Positions 12,960 to 26,753 of a DNA stretch of 64,000 nt are shown here, one piece after another (within the stretch, counting starts at the first letter, position 1; each line of letters starts with the position of its first letter). The position numbers were made by a program, and so were the translations under genes. The DNA lies in assembly GCA_964016885.1 (NCBI GenBank), contig OZ024740.1, forward strand, positions 63,178,001-63,242,000. The letters run 5' to 3'. Under the pieces are notes generated by a model. That model was not told the DNA's origin, did no database searches, and saw nothing but the letters and a program-made list of their open reading frames with translations. Source of the stretch: Eledone cirrhosa. Its lineage: Eukaryota.

Positions 12960-13297
12960 CTATTCACACTTAAGTTCCCAGGCAATGCGTGGACACAGGG
13001 AACTTATACAAAAATAATTCAGTGGATGGAAAAAAGCGAGCGGGAACTAAATTCCAGGACATTGAAAAAATCTCTGCCTACTTGGTCGGTGGCAAATTCA
13101 AAAGAATCAATCACGTGACCCTGAGGTTAATCGGTGAGGAGTGGGATGCTAATAAGGCAGGAGCCTGACTACTACCATGAACCATAGCAGTAATTTCGGC
13201 AAATTTTTGCTCAACAAATAATTTGGAGATAATTATAAAGAATTAGTATATCTACCAACATATATATACAGATGCATACCTATGCTAACTGAGATAG

Positions 13298-13378
13298 ACT
13301 CCCTGATGACGTAAGGATTCTCTATGGCTCCGTTCGGTAACCATATTTATTCCCTTACAGAAACTAATTAGTTGGAGT
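13298..13378 (+). ncRNA. Type I hammerhead ribozyme (family E, inverted copy)
   Basis: CTGATGA at 13303, GAAA at 13360. One mismatch at the first pair of stem II. Confidence 0.85.
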
Positions 13379-13543
13379 GAAATTTTAGTAAGTAAGTTGA
13401 TTTTCATAATTTTCTTATTTTACCTCTTTCATATAATTGTTCTGCATCCTCTTGCATTGAACCACAAAGTTACTAAGACAAAACCTATATATTTGCTAGC
13501 ATAGGTATGCATCTGTATATATATGTTGGTAGATATACTAATT

Positions 13544-13609
<66 letters not shown>

Positions 13610-13637
13610 AGGTAAATCTGCTTCGTAGAATCGAGAA

Positions 13638-13727
13638 GTATCTGACGACCGTGTTGATTTCAGAGTCAGGTGTGATCACCATATCGATCGTGCCTCGAGC
13701 TGGTCGCCCGAGAAACATTTGTAATAT
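13638..13727 (+). ncRNA. Hammerhead ribozyme (family F), partly decayed, in unit 13607-13855 between (TA)n tracts
   Basis: GTAT-CTGACGA-ccgtgttgatt...ggtcgcccga-GAAA-CATTTG-TA-ATAT. Confidence 0.65.
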
Positions 13728-13884
13728 GTCCAATAAATTCCTTTCGTCGCAACACAGATTCTCTTTTTTCTGTGATATCAATACTCAGCTCTACGAGGGC
13801 ATCGAGTGCTCATACGGCCTACCCCATACGGACGCTTTAAACATCCAACACAAATTATATATATATATATATATATAGATATAT

Positions 13885-13960
<76 letters not shown>

Positions 13961-14124
13961 AAAAGTTTTTTTTTTTTATTAAAATAGATGTCCCACATGG
14001 GTGAATGTATAAGGAAAAGAAATTAAAAATGCAACTGGAGTCTTTTAAGAATATTTATTTATTTACTTTACCGGTTTCACAGTTCTTATGATTCAAAAGT
14101 AAAATTGAAAAGGAGGGGTTGTGA

Positions 14125-15146
14125 GGACCCATTCATGCGTTGATAGGGCCGACTACAGCTGGCATGAGGTCAAAGAAGATACTAGGGAGGGGGAGGGGGA
14201 GGAAGTCGAAACAATTAGTAAGACAATATGGGGTAAATATATAGAAAAATACCGAGAGTGTTAAAAAGCAATTAAATGTAAAAAAAAATAAACAATTTCT
14301 AGTTACTACGACCTAAGTCTCTCACTGGTACTGCTAGGCTAAAGAAAGGTTTACTAGAGATAGTATTAGTATTCTTTTTCGGGATTCTGAATTATTATTT
14401 CGTATTAGTTTACTTTTTGCACTGGGTGGTTGCTGGCCATGTGCCTGGGGTAGAAACCTTTATTTATTATTTCGTGGTAGTTTTTTTAGTATTTTGACCC
14501 CTCACTTGTTGACCCGTCACCGTAAGATATACTCGGTTTATTACTTATACCTCTTAAAAGGGTCTCATTATAATACCGTCCCACCTAGTAAACCTTTATT
14601 TAGCCTAGCAGTACCAGTGAGAGACTTAGGTCGTAGTAACCAGAAATTGTTTTGTTTTTTTTACATTTAATTGCTTTTTAACACTCTCGGTATTTTTCTA
14701 TATATTTACCCCATATTATCTTACTAATTGTTTCGACTTCCTCCCCCTCCCCCTCCCTAGTATCTTCTTTGACCTCATGCCCAGCTGTAGTCGGCACTAT
14801 CAACGCATGAATGGGTCTCCTCCACCCCTCTCCCTCTTTCTCCTACTGGCAGGTTCAGCTACCCCTTCCCTCCACAAATTGCCATCATAGAATTATTATG
14901 TGTCAACAACAAACTTTTGACCAATCCTCGTGACAATCACTTTTACCATATATGGAATTACCCCTTGAGAAGCTCGGCTATTCAAATACCAGGATAAACA
15001 TTTTCATTTAGTCCAGAATTAGCCGTCGAAACGGCTTGAGCTCAGCCGTCGGGATCCTACTCGTTCCTATTACCCACTCTACTACCCTAAGTATTGAGTA
15101 CTTTGGTGCGTTATGGTCCACCTGGTTCCTTACCACTTTTCCTCCG

Positions 15147-15148
<2 letters not shown>
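14125..15148 (+). mobile_element. PLE 3'-UTR/pLTR fragment (family G) with a 5' inverted duplication
   Basis: 14125-14360 is the reverse complement of about 14587-14820. The unit runs into an HHR and ends at (TA)n. Its 3' end is shared with 35510-35640 and 44555-44740. Confidence 0.7.
14961..15053 (+). ncRNA. Hammerhead ribozyme with U3-A8 core (family G)
   Basis: CCC-TTGAGAA-GctCGGCTA...TAGCCGtC-GAAA-CGGCTtGAGCTCAGCCG-TC-GGG. The copy at 35641 has GGGGT, complementary to ACCCC. Confidence 0.75.
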
Positions 15149-15214
<66 letters not shown>

Positions 15215-15221
<7 letters not shown>

Positions 15222-15563
15222 ATGAAATCGAAAGTGCAACTGGAGTCTTATTGTTTTTTTTTAATATTTATTTATTTCGTTCCTTTACCGGTTTCGCAGT
15301 TCTTCTGCTTTTCAGAAGTAGAGTTGCGATGGAGGGTCTGTGGTTTTTCTCACATATCAGATGTGAGAAAAACCAGACCCTCCATCTCAACTCTACCTTT
15401 GAAAAGCAGAACTGCGAAACCGGTCAAGGAACCAAATAAATATATATATATTTTTTTTAAATAAGACTCCAGTTACATTTTCAAATTCATCTTTTTTTCT
15501 TTATACTTTCACTCGTGTAGGACACCGGTTATTTTTCATTTTGTAAAAACACCTCACTTTCTA
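15215..15563. mobile_element. Head-to-head pair of PLE pLTR ends (family H) with minimal HHRs at 15282-15318 (-) and 15396-15429 (+)
   Basis: Inverted arms meet near 15357. The sequence matches the 3' end of the PLE at 29590-29805. Cores are (C/T)TGAAAA-GCAG..CTGC-GAAA-CCGG-TH-AAGG. Confidence 0.8.
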
Positions 15564-15590
15564 ATATATATATATATAAATATATATATA

Positions 15591-18500
15591 CTAGCATTAA
15601 AGCCCGGCGTTGCTCGGGGTCAGTAAGTTACCAAAGTTAGGTTGCACCACCCATTTTATGGCAGCACTTTTTTGTCTGCCAGGCACTGGTTGAATGAATT
15701 ACAAACCTGCACTGCCGAAGCAGGAGCTGCGCCAGCAGTGACAATTGTAGTTTCGCCTATTAATATTATCTCTGTGCAAAGAAGTGTTCAAATTTATTGT
15801 TTCACAGTACTTGCGCAACACGCGCGTAGACGATGCCAGCCGAACAACAGAGTTGCGATGGAGTTGTTCTGCATGACATGTTTTAACGGGGGAGGGGGAG
15901 GACTTAGGGAACCGCAAACAGGGGCCTGAAAACATTGTCGAATTATGACAACCAAAAAAGAGGAAGAGGGGTCATTGTATGGTTGGTGCATCATGTACGT
16001 CGGACGTAGAAGATGAGCCTGCTGCTGTGCCGACGGAGGGAGGGAAATAGAGCTGAGCGGAGGCCAGGTGTTGGTGAAGTGTGAAGTAATTGCAGGCAAC
16101 CGCCTAAAAATATAAATCCCGTCATTAAAGCATTGTTCACCCTTTGAGAGTCATACGGAGGTGAAATACTAACTTGTCCACGGTCCTCCGAGGCCCACCA
16201 AACGGGGGTTGGTGAGGAGCAACAGCTGATATTTGGGTCGGGTCGGAGTTGCAATGAAGCTTTGTAACGCCGCAAGAATCAGTCTTTGTACGGTAGATGG
16301 TGGGGAGTGTCCAGTGCACTGCAGTGAAGGTTAACCTACTTAGAAAGTACTCACGAAAAGGCAAAAAATAAAAAAGTTAAAAAGTTATAAAATTAGGAAT
16401 CGAGGTAATCCTATAAAACCTCCTTGTTCACAATGTATTTTGTTTTTTCCTTGCGGAACGAACGCGAAATCATCACTCTTGCTGCTGACATGCGAGCAGC
16501 CAACGTAAAGCTGACCATGAGAGAAACACGGCTCCCCCAAATGTATTCCCGCGACAGACAGTGTTTGCCCCTGGGCTTTGTTAATTGACATTGCGAAGCC
16601 TAGCCTGACCGGGAACTGGGACCTCCGAAATGTGAAAGGTAGGTCTGCTCCTGATGGGAAAAGATGCATTCTCGGTATGAGCACAACCTTGCCCCGACCG
16701 CACCCTGTGATTATCGTAGCCTCAATCAGATTGGGAGCTAAGGACTTAACGACCAAACGTGTGCCATTGCATTGTTTCGGCGGAACCAAATTTCGAATGA
16801 GCATTATAGGGGCACCAACTTTAAGTTTCAAAATGTGTGGGAGTAATCTGGGGGGCTCAAAGGAATTTAGTACCTCTATTGGATAGTTGATGACGTCCGC
16901 GGGGTCAGGAGTTCTATCGATAGACTTATATACGTAGTCATCCCCAGGAGTGAGTTTTAACATTTGATCATTAATATGGTTAACAGTTTTATTCCTCGGG
17001 GCCAGAATAGCCCTTTGGGCAAGCCAATCCATATTCTGATAATTTGCTTGGAGATCTGGGAACACTGCATCTCTGAGATCAGAAGGCGTACTAACAACGG
17101 TACAAAGTGAGTCGATGGCAATATTACCCTTTTCATCCCCGGGCGTTTTGCCTTCGCCAAGTGCAAGGAGGGTGTGAGAAAATGCTGCTGATGCGATATC
17201 ACCTCGCATATGAGCACACATGTTAGTGTGAAGTTTCAGAGTTTTTACCAGCGGCCACAATGCGGATGACTTAAGACACGCACGTACTGCATCATCTCTA
17301 GTCCCCTTGGGAATAACGGGAAGCGTTTGCCTGAAGTCCCCTGAAAGAAGAAGTGTTATGCCTCCTATTGGAGCCGTAGAGTCTTTGATGTCTCTCAGAG
17401 TTCTATCTAGCGCCTCAAGAGCACCTCTGTGGGCCATCGTGCATTCGTCCCAAACGATAAGCTTACATCGTCTGAACACTTCTGCCTGATCGGAGCTCTT
17501 ACTTATGTTGCAAGTGGGTGTCTCAGTCTTCGCTAAGTCAAGCAGGAGCTTGAAATAGGAGTGAGCTGTCCTGACGCCCGGCAACAAAGTATCCGCAATT
17601 CCAGATGATGCCACAGCTAAGGTAATGCCTTCTGTTCGCCTAATCTCAGCTAATATTAATTTGGTGACAAAAGTTTTCACAGTCCCCCCAGGAGCGTCCA
17701 GGAAAAAATCCCCCCAGCTTTGCCCCGGACAGAATTAACAACAGAGTTGTAAGCGAATTTCTGTTCTGGAAGGAGCTTTGGCTCATTCTCCGCTATGTAC
17801 TGGGCAAGCTCGTCAACATAATAAGATGTCTCACGCAGCAAATCCGAAGACAGAGTGTTTGCGCCTTCCCAATTTGTTGAAGGTAGGCCATACACCGCCA
17901 ACGCACTACCGCCCATATCGAGAACAGTATCTTCGATTTCAAGCAGCGCCTTGTTGTAAATGAGGTCACTGTACCCGACCTCCATCGATGGGTTTGGCAA
18001 CTGAGCCTGACGCAGGAAATCTTCAGACATTGTAATCTTTGTAGCTAAGCCATAAAGAGGCGGGATCACCCAAGTCGCACCATAGGAGTAGAATAGCGAA
18101 AAGCGATCTTAGTCTTTTAGGAGATTTCAACAAAACGCCCTCTGCCATAGTGGCACCCCATTGTGAATCATCCACCAAAAGGCCACGCTTAAAGCAGGCT
18201 TCCCGGAAGGTATCACATAATTCACCGTCAACAGTTCTTATGTCTCGAAAGCTTTGTGGGCCAAAAACCTCATGGAGAAGAAGGCGCAGGTGAAAACACT
18301 CATGCTGGTTGGGAGGTACAGTGTACACTCTTCCTAGACAACTGTCAAACTTGACACCAGGATGTCCTTCAACATCCTGACCTGACTTCCTACGCACCCA
18401 AGTGTTGTTTGACCACATGTCGTAGGACGGGACCTGAGGATATGAAAGTGTTTTTGCAAATGTGTCAAGTTGGCAAAGCGTAAAAAAAACAGTCAAATTT

Positions 18501-21500
18501 GTTTCTTTTGGATTGGCCGCCAAATGAGCAGCAGTCTGTTCAGTAAAGTAAGCTCGCTGGCCGTTTTCCAAATGAACCGCTAGTTGTATGATGGCGGGGT
18601 GCCTTTGGTGAAGTGGGAACCCGAATATCCGCCAAAAAGCTTCACCACTGCTGATATATCGACCTGCCAAGTACTCCGAGACCTCGTCCTTGCTATTGTC
18701 GTTTTGAAGGCCGAACATGGCAGCGTCCGAACCCTTGTTAACATATTTACATATGTACTTTATCGACTTCACTGAATGACAGAACTCCACATTTATATGA
18801 GCGTTGAAAGTTTTCATCAGAAATGGACAGTACGGGACCACCCACCTATTATCAACTTGATGACCCTGTAACGTAATAATGAATCCACCGTTCTCAGGCC
18901 GCCTTTGTCTGTACAGTGGGTATCCGTCGCCTCCGGTCTGAGTCTCCTTAACAAACCTCTTTGTGTATCGTTTAGTGCACACATGGTCCTTGTGGCATGA
19001 AGAGAACTCTTGAAAACCGGGACCGCACGGACCGTGCACCATGTGTGCCTTCACAATGTCGTGCAGCTGCCAGTCAACAACGGCGTCCAGTATTTCCGCT
19101 GCGATGACGTCATCTAGAACTGTAGGGTCTATTTTGGTGACCAACCAAACCAAAATGTGCGCGTGCGGCCACCCTCTCTTCTGCCACTCAACAGTATACA
19201 TGTGGCACTAACAGGCCCGAAAACCTTCCCTTTTTTTATTAGATCAATTAGCTTAGCCAGCTTCTGCCTGAAAACCCTGGCAATAATATCATGCCGATGG
19301 CAGTACTGCTGCCCTGGGATAAGTTCCCGCGTAACCTCAACCCACTTGGGGGTTAAACGTAAACGTGATGAATAAATCGGGGCGCCCATAATGCCGAACG
19401 AACGTCATAGCGTCCTGTGTTCGCTCGTGCATGTACCGCAGCGCCCACCGTATAGGTTGAGGGGAGAATGCACATTTTGCCGATGTTCCGGGGGTCAGTG
19501 TAATTCCTGATGCCGTCACGCAAATGGATGTAGGAGTCTGAGCGCAGCTGCTTCTGATTCAATTTTATGAAGCACAGTCTCTCCGACTCCATCTTTGCTG
19601 CCATGTCAACTGCAAACTGGTGAAAGTGAAACAGTTCCCGTGACCTGTGCAGGGTGCTGAAATCGTTAGGCCTCGTCATGAAGCGGTATGAGTATAAAGC
19701 CATGCATGAAACAGTTTTAGATGTCGCAGCAGTGGGCTCGTTTGGTTTGCGCTGAGGAATGCCGAAATGATAGCCGTCTTCTCCGTATGCAAAAAGAAGG
19801 GGTTACTGCAGGGCGTGGTATGAACGATGCGTCTCATTAATACGTCGAAGACCACTGTCACAACTTTGAAGAACTATGTCTCGCTTATTGTGCTGTTCAC
19901 CATGGATAACTACGGCCACTTCATTGCACGAAGGAGCGTTATAACGGCGTGCGTGCTCCTCTGAAGGTCTTTTGTCAGCATCGATGACAATGGTAAAGTT
20001 TGGTGAAGGATTTGTTTCCAATGCGTATTTGAAACTGCGAATATAACTGTTGTGCTCATGAAGCATGTTTTGAAGACCGAGCAGCACGTCCCTTTCAAAA
20101 GTGTCAGCGTCAGTGTTTGCGGTGTTGGAATAACGCCGAACCGCGCATCAACTTGCCTACTGTAGTTAGAAATGAAGTAAATTTGAAGGAACGAAGGCTT
20201 ACAATTTTGTAGTGGCTGGAGCGACCCAATAAGATGGTACACCTGCGCCTGGACCTTGAAAGTAGGCATCCAACCACTTTCTCTGACAGCGTTAGCCCCG
20301 AAAGAAGTCATTTGAAACGCACAATTGTACTTCCTGATGAGTTGAAGGAATTTGGATGACCTTGAGGTAGAACCAGTAAGTAGTTCCTTCAAAGGTTCTG
20401 GTGGTTCCCCAAGAGGGGGCAAGCTGACCTTACCGTTTAAGCAGCACATTGCAGGTGGCTCCCCAGCCCACTTTTTAGCATTGCAGAATTTGCAATTGAA
20501 GCGCAATTCCCCTATATTTATGTCGGCACGCATCGAGTAGTTAACGTTGGGTTCATACTTGAAAGCCCGTAGATGCCAGTATGGGCAGCTTCTAGTCGTC
20601 GACTGTTCCGCTCCAACGTAGAATGTTGCTCCTGTGGGTCGTGGGAAGCTCTCGCAGCAGTAGCAGAAGCCACCCTTGCAATCCTAATGGAGCGCCCGTC
20701 TGCATCTTCAGAAGCCATGGAAGCAGTCATAGCCGCAGCGTTCCTAGCAAAGCGACTCGTCCGCCGTTCCAAACCTTCCAAAGCCCTGGAAGCAGCAGTA
20801 GCCGCAGCGTTTCTAGTCAGTCGAGCCGCCCTTTGTTCCGGGCCCTCTGAAGCCCTGAAAGCAGCAGTAGCAGCAGCGTTTCTATTCAGGCGAGTCGACC
20901 TTTGTTCCGAGCCCTCTGAAGCTCTGGAAGTAGGAGTAGAAGCGTTTTTTGGGGGAATGACGTATCGCCCGCTTTGAATCGCACATCGCAGCACGTCTCG
21001 AGGCGTCGTATGAAGCCATCTTGGCTAGGCGTGCGGTGTGTTATTGAAAACTTTCAGCAGCTCGGCATTCCGCTGAACGTAAGGCGCTCTGTGAAAGTCT
21101 TAAAGCAATTTCCTCGGGGGACTCGTTTGCTGTAATCGCCCTCTGCGCCGCCGCTGACGCGGTATGGCGACCGAGGCGACTTCTCTTTTTAGGTGGTATT
21201 TTATGTGAAAAAGAAAGAGTGAAAGTTACTTCTACAGCAAAATTGCCTTTGAAAGTATAAGGCTGAAAACTGTCTGCGTTCCGCAGGGGGAAAAATGGGA
21301 GAACGAACGGTAAATAAATAACTCAGTTTGTTGAAAGCGCGCTTCTGTCAGCAATTTGAAGTTGTTTGGCCAAAAATCCCTATGTGGTTTTTTTTTCACT
21401 CAATAAACGTGTAAATATGTTATACACAAAATTTAATTGTGTGTGAGTTGAATGATAGATGTTTTAAAAAAAGATTTTAAGCGTATATAAGAGATTGTTG

Positions 21501-21866
21501 AATAAATTTATCTGTTGCTTTTGAATAATTGTAGTTTGGTATAAAATGTAAGCGTCATGTATTTAACGTTTGTCTCTGGCTCACTCCTTTATTTTTTCTC
21601 TCTCTCTAAAAGAAATTAATAAGGAGTGGGTAGGTTGCAGCATGTATTTTTTTTTTTCGATTTTTAAGGGTAGTTATGGAGAGTAAATCAGAAGGTGTTA
21701 GAGGGGGTAAAGCGTCATGTATTTAGTTTTATCAATTATTTCCGTAACTGTGGGTGAGTTTGAATGAAATGACTAGTCGTTGACCTAAGTTAGACCATTT
21801 ACAACATTCTTACAGACTTTGAGTCGAATCGGTTTGAAACTGTGCAAATGTATAAACATGGAACAT

Positions 21867-21906
<40 letters not shown>

Positions 21907-21933
21907 CAACAACAACAATCTGCCTTTTATAGA
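15591..21933 (-). mobile_element. Full-length Helitron, inactivated
   Basis: 5' A|TCTATAAAAGGC at 21933. 3' hairpin CCCGAGCAACGCCGGG then CTAG|T at 15591. Encodes RepHel. Confidence 0.95.
16385..21020 (-). pseudogene. RepHel (STPR-like repeats, Zn finger, HUH Rep, Pif1 helicase) with multiple frameshifts
   Basis: Motifs CKFC..CC; PDLFITFT; VEWQKRGWPHAH; KYICKYVNKG; IVWDE; GDFRQTLPV; FAMSINKAQGQT; FSHGQLYVG. Confidence 0.95.
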
Positions 21934-23559
21934 TAATGATATATATATACATACATATATATATATGTATATGTATATATATATAATAAAACAACACCTT
22001 CTAAACAAAAAATAATTGAGAAGAACAGTGGGGAATATCACATATTCTCTTTCTATAAATTTAAATATGAAATAAGAAATGTTTGGCTATATTCTCTTTG
22101 GCAAAGAAGTTCAAAGAAGTAATATTCTTTTATAAATTGCTACGTCCATAAGCAATAAGAATAAAGGGTTTGGTCAATGTTACCGTGAGTGAATTGCTCT
22201 GCGGACAATATTCAAACCTCTTTAGCAATTAAATATATAGCTCTATAACCAGAACGAACGAACATATATACATCCATTTCGGCAGACATACTTCCATCAT
22301 ACACAGGTAGGTAAATACATACACACACATGCAGGCACGCGTGTGCACATACACAGACATACACACTCACATACACTAACACGCACAATACATTTAAAGT
22401 ACATACATACCATTTCTAGGAATACACAAACGCACATATGCACATCTTGCGGCTTACACACTCGTAATCTAGCAAATGCAGAAACAGATCACATGTGAAC
22501 ATACATACACATACACACTTTTAGATACAAACACTTAGATACGCACACACTCCGTCAAAAAATATCACACACATAAACACAAGCGGCAAAACACATAAAT
22601 ACGCACACACACACACACAAAACCGCATACGAAAATTATAACACATATACTCAAGGCTTGATACACAAGCACAGTTCACATACGAACGCACACACACACA
22701 CATTGACATAATAAAACACCCGCACGCCACAACGGACAGACACACATTCACTTTAACAAACATACTTCGGGTAAACACACGCATACGCACTCAAGCACAT
22801 ACTCTTTCACACACACACATATACATATACATACACACAAATATGGAAAGGAAAAATAAACATGTACACATTTCACATACGTACACATCATACTCATACG
22901 CACATATCAGGCAACCACACATACACATCGAAACGGCCGCAACGTATAGTGTCCGACGCTCTACCGATACTCCCAATCCGCCGCCCTTTAAACTACTAAT
23001 ACATTTTGTAATTACTCTCTGTATTTGTTTTCACTGCTTTTCTTTATACTTTTAGGTGCTGACTGATTACATACGTGTTTTTTCTCGAACAATTTTTTCC
23101 GTCCCTTCCTCTTCTCACTCTCTTTTTATTTCTCATTCTATCTGCTGATAAAGAACTAGTGTCCAAATCGTAAAGACTCTTTTCCTTATGACTGTATTTT
23201 TAAAACTTTAACAAATCTTAGTACTCTGTATTTACATGTTCGTATCGGAGAATAGTACATATAGTTGGATTTCAACCCACAGTCATTCTGAACAAAGTTA
23301 AGAAGCTGCCTCACTGAGTTGTGATATCTAAAGAATATAATTAATATATATTTCACAATTAAATTCAGATATTTATTTCGTAACTGATCTATATAAAATG
23401 TATCAAGAATTTATGTCTGATCTCGTTTCACAGATATCTACTTTTCATTATAAAATATAGGTATTCAGGACAAAATATCCGGGAGTAAAAAAAATCTGTA
23501 CAATATACATTACAATAAGGAGTCAAATAAACGAAAAGAAAAGATGGGGATGGAGCAGC

Positions 23560-24005
23560 AGACTACATCGCAGTCTGGGCAGTATTTAGCTGCGACCCAA
23601 GGATATAATGTCATAGGGTTATCGCAGAGAATGACGAGTGACAACCACTGCAACAGTCATCCCACCTCATAGGCCACCTTCTTCGGGTGAACTGCTGCCT
23701 TTCCGATTCTACGAAGGAAATCAACAATCGACGGTGACCGGTACGAAAAGTAAGCGGTAGATAAAGGCTCGGTATTTAATTATCTTCTCTTCTGTGTTGT
23801 GGGCGGCGGCGCCAGGGTTTGTGGCCGAAGTGACAAGGTTGGGGGCGGAGAATAAGTCGCAACACGTCGTGTCCCAGATTAGGGATTGGGTTTATTCCCT
23901 CGGGGCGATTACCATCACCATGGTCAAAGCCAGCTAACTCTAGTTGTAACGGGAGCCCGGCTGAGTCGAGGCTTCTTCTCGTGATGTCGTCCATAAGCGG
24001 CGTGT
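23560..24005 (-). mobile_element. Decayed CRE-like LINE 3' fragment
   Basis: LDSAGLPLQLELAGFDHGDGNRPEG is homologous to LDAAGFPSQLEPVGLDREDGKRPDG at 2225-2776. Confidence 0.7.
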
Positions 24006-24526
24006 GAATAACATAATTACTTTGGATATAATAGATTATATTTTCGATTTGGTTCCGTAGTTATACCATCACTCACACCAACGGGTACCTCGAAATTTTA
24101 TCGATAGAAATATAACAGTCACCTCCTGGATGTTGACATTTACCGAGAAATGTGAGATGACATCCACCCACAGCAACAGAGAAGAAAAGAAACGTTTTAC
24201 ATAAGTCATTATTTGATATTTTACATTCATCTGAGAAACCTGTCTAATATTATATTCAAAAGCCATTGTAATAACGTTCTATCTAACAAAATGAATCTTT
24301 CATAATTTTCATTCCTAAATTATTTTCACTTATAATATTTATTCATTGCATTCCTTATTTATGTTTTTATTTTTATTTTTATTATTATCTTTATTTTAAT
24401 TTTATTTTTATTTCATGTAAATAAATTCTGTATATAAATGTATATATTTATATATTACCATACATATTTCTAATATTAACAGATATGCATCCATATAATA
24501 TATTAATGCAATATATCATATGGAAC

Positions 24527-25274
24527 TATAACGGCGGCGAAGATTCGAAACCGAATCTGAGCTTTCCCGCCTCTGGGACAAGCCGTGGTAACTTGTTTAC
24601 GCTCAAGAGACTAACCCCTTGGGAGAGGCTAAACACAGGTCAGAGGTGTTTACGCCTGACAGAAAATAGGTCAGAGGATATATCCATCTTTCTGACTTGT
24701 TTACGCTTGGCAAACTAATCCCTTGGAAGACTAACCAAAGTTCAGAGGATATATCTATCCTTCTACCTTCAACTCTTATAAATACAGGGATTGTTTACGC
24801 CTCGAATAGAAAAGAAGTGATATACAGACAAGACAAGTCGCATTTACAAGCTCTCGTCACGAAAAACCAGTCTGCCACTTATTCTCACCTTCCTGGCCGA
24901 TCGCTGACTCCTGCAATACAAATAAGTAAATATACTGATACGCCGCACACACGCATTCATAGTGAGTCCAGCATTTGTACACGCACCATTCATTTCTGTT
25001 TACACATATTGTACCTTTCTGATACAGTACAAATTATATTATAATCGTATTCTGTGATACTTGAATTTACGTGGCTCGAAGAGCCACCAAATTATTGTAT
25101 GAATATTTTGTGTTATTGATTTTATCATTCAATATTCAAATTGAATAATGTTATAATAAAATAAACTTTGTAACAACACAAACCTGGTATTTTTCTTTAC
25201 ATCGAAACCACCATACCAACAGTTACATCCATCCATCCACTTATCGTTACAACCACACATAATATTCCGTTACA
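24527..25274 (+). mobile_element. Solo LTR (748 bp, 4-bp TSD, Gypsy-like)
   Basis: Ends T(A)TAACGG...CCGTTACA form a short inverted repeat. GAAC flanks both sides. TATAAATA at 24777 and AATAAA at 25155. Confidence 0.75.
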
Positions 25275-25297
25275 GAACTATTCTTATCTTTTAATAA

Positions 25298-26004
25298 CTA
25301 GCATTAAAGCCCGGCGTTGCTCGGGGTCATTAAGTTACCAAAGTTAGGTTGCACCACCCATTTTATGGCAGCACTTTTTTGTCTGCCAGGCACTGGGTGA
25401 ATGAATTGCAGACCTGGAAGCATGAGCTGCGCCAGCAGTGACAATTGTAGTTTCGCCTATGGATATTATCTCTGTGCAAAAAAGTGTTGAAATTTATTGT
25501 TTCACAGTACTTGCGCAACACGCGCGTAGACGATGCCAGCCGAACAACAGAGCTGCGATGGAGTTGTTCTGCATGGTTGTCTGTGTGTTTTCTAAATTTA
25601 AGACAGTAGGGAGGGGTGTGATATGGGGGAGAGTTAGCTGCTGTTTCTAGCAGGTTTAGTAACCTCATAGAGGATATGTGTTTTCTAAATTTAAGACAGT
25701 AGGGAGTGGTGTGAACGGACAGTATCACCATCAAGCTTGGAAAGAGAAAGTAGCAGAAAGTATGAAGTTGTATAGATTTTGAATGGTAGTAGAAAGAGTT
25801 CAGCAGTTTAAATGAGAGAAAAAAATCGTAAAATATTGAGTTTTATCTATTTTTTGCGTAATTGTGGGTGAAATTGAAAACATTATCTGCGTCAAGACGC
25901 AATCGAAAGTATTTCGAATACTGAATTGTAAATTTCAATTGAAGAAATTCTATATCGTAGATTTCTATAACGAAGGAGCATGACCACACACTGAGGTTTA
26001 TAGA
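25298..26004 (-). mobile_element. Non-autonomous Helitron sharing about 275 nt of 3' end with the 15591 element
   Basis: Identical CTAG/hairpin terminus. 5' A|TCTATAAACC at 26004. Confidence 0.85.
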
Positions 26005-26161
26005 TTATGATTATTAATGTTATTTTCTATATATTGAATTTTATTTTTATTTTCATTATATAAAATGTCTATATTGTATTATAGGCGTAATATGTATATG
26101 TTGTGTATATTTTGTTTGTATGTACTATAAGAGTATGATATATTATAAAGCAAATCATAAT

Positions 26162-26193
<32 letters not shown>

Positions 26194-26219
26194 GTGTATA
26201 TATATATATACATACATAC

Positions 26220-26264
<45 letters not shown>

Positions 26265-26399
26265 CGTCTTTTTTCGTTGATAGCTTTTTCTAACAAACGC
26301 GACGGCTGGCAAACCCTTCATGGAACTCATATGTGTGCTGGGCGCACAGGCATTAGGATGTGTATGTTCCTGCCTGCGACATATCAAATATATAGATTT

Positions 26400-26487
26400 T
26401 CATCTGAGGAAACCGCGCTCATAATCAACAGCAAATGCATGAAGGACATCTCGATTGCATGGAGAACCGTAGAAATAATTATTATGA
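26400..26487 (+). ncRNA. Decayed hammerhead motif (family I)
   Basis: TCAT-CTGAGGA-(poorly paired stem II)-GAAA-TAATTA-TT-ATGA. Confidence 0.5.
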
Positions 26488-26619
26488 TTAAACGATATAT
26501 GTAATCTCAGCATCTTATTTTATTATTTTTATAAAATTCTCCATCTTAACTAAAAACAACGATTGTTGAGAGCTTTCTCCTGCTTACTCCTGTTTTTACC
26601 AAAACAATATTTTCCGGGG

Positions 26620-26679
<60 letters not shown>

Positions 26680-26753
26680 AATATATATATATATATATAT
26701 GTCAATATATATATGTCAATATATATATACATGTCAACAACGATACTATTATT

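Larger units (their letters stand above)
12313..13545. mobile_element. Retrozyme-like insertion (family E): two 511-nt tandem monomers on minus plus an inverted copy on plus, flanked by (TA)n
   Basis: Near-identical repeats start at about 12313 and 12824. 13286-13545 is their reverse complement. No meaningful ORF. Confidence 0.9.
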
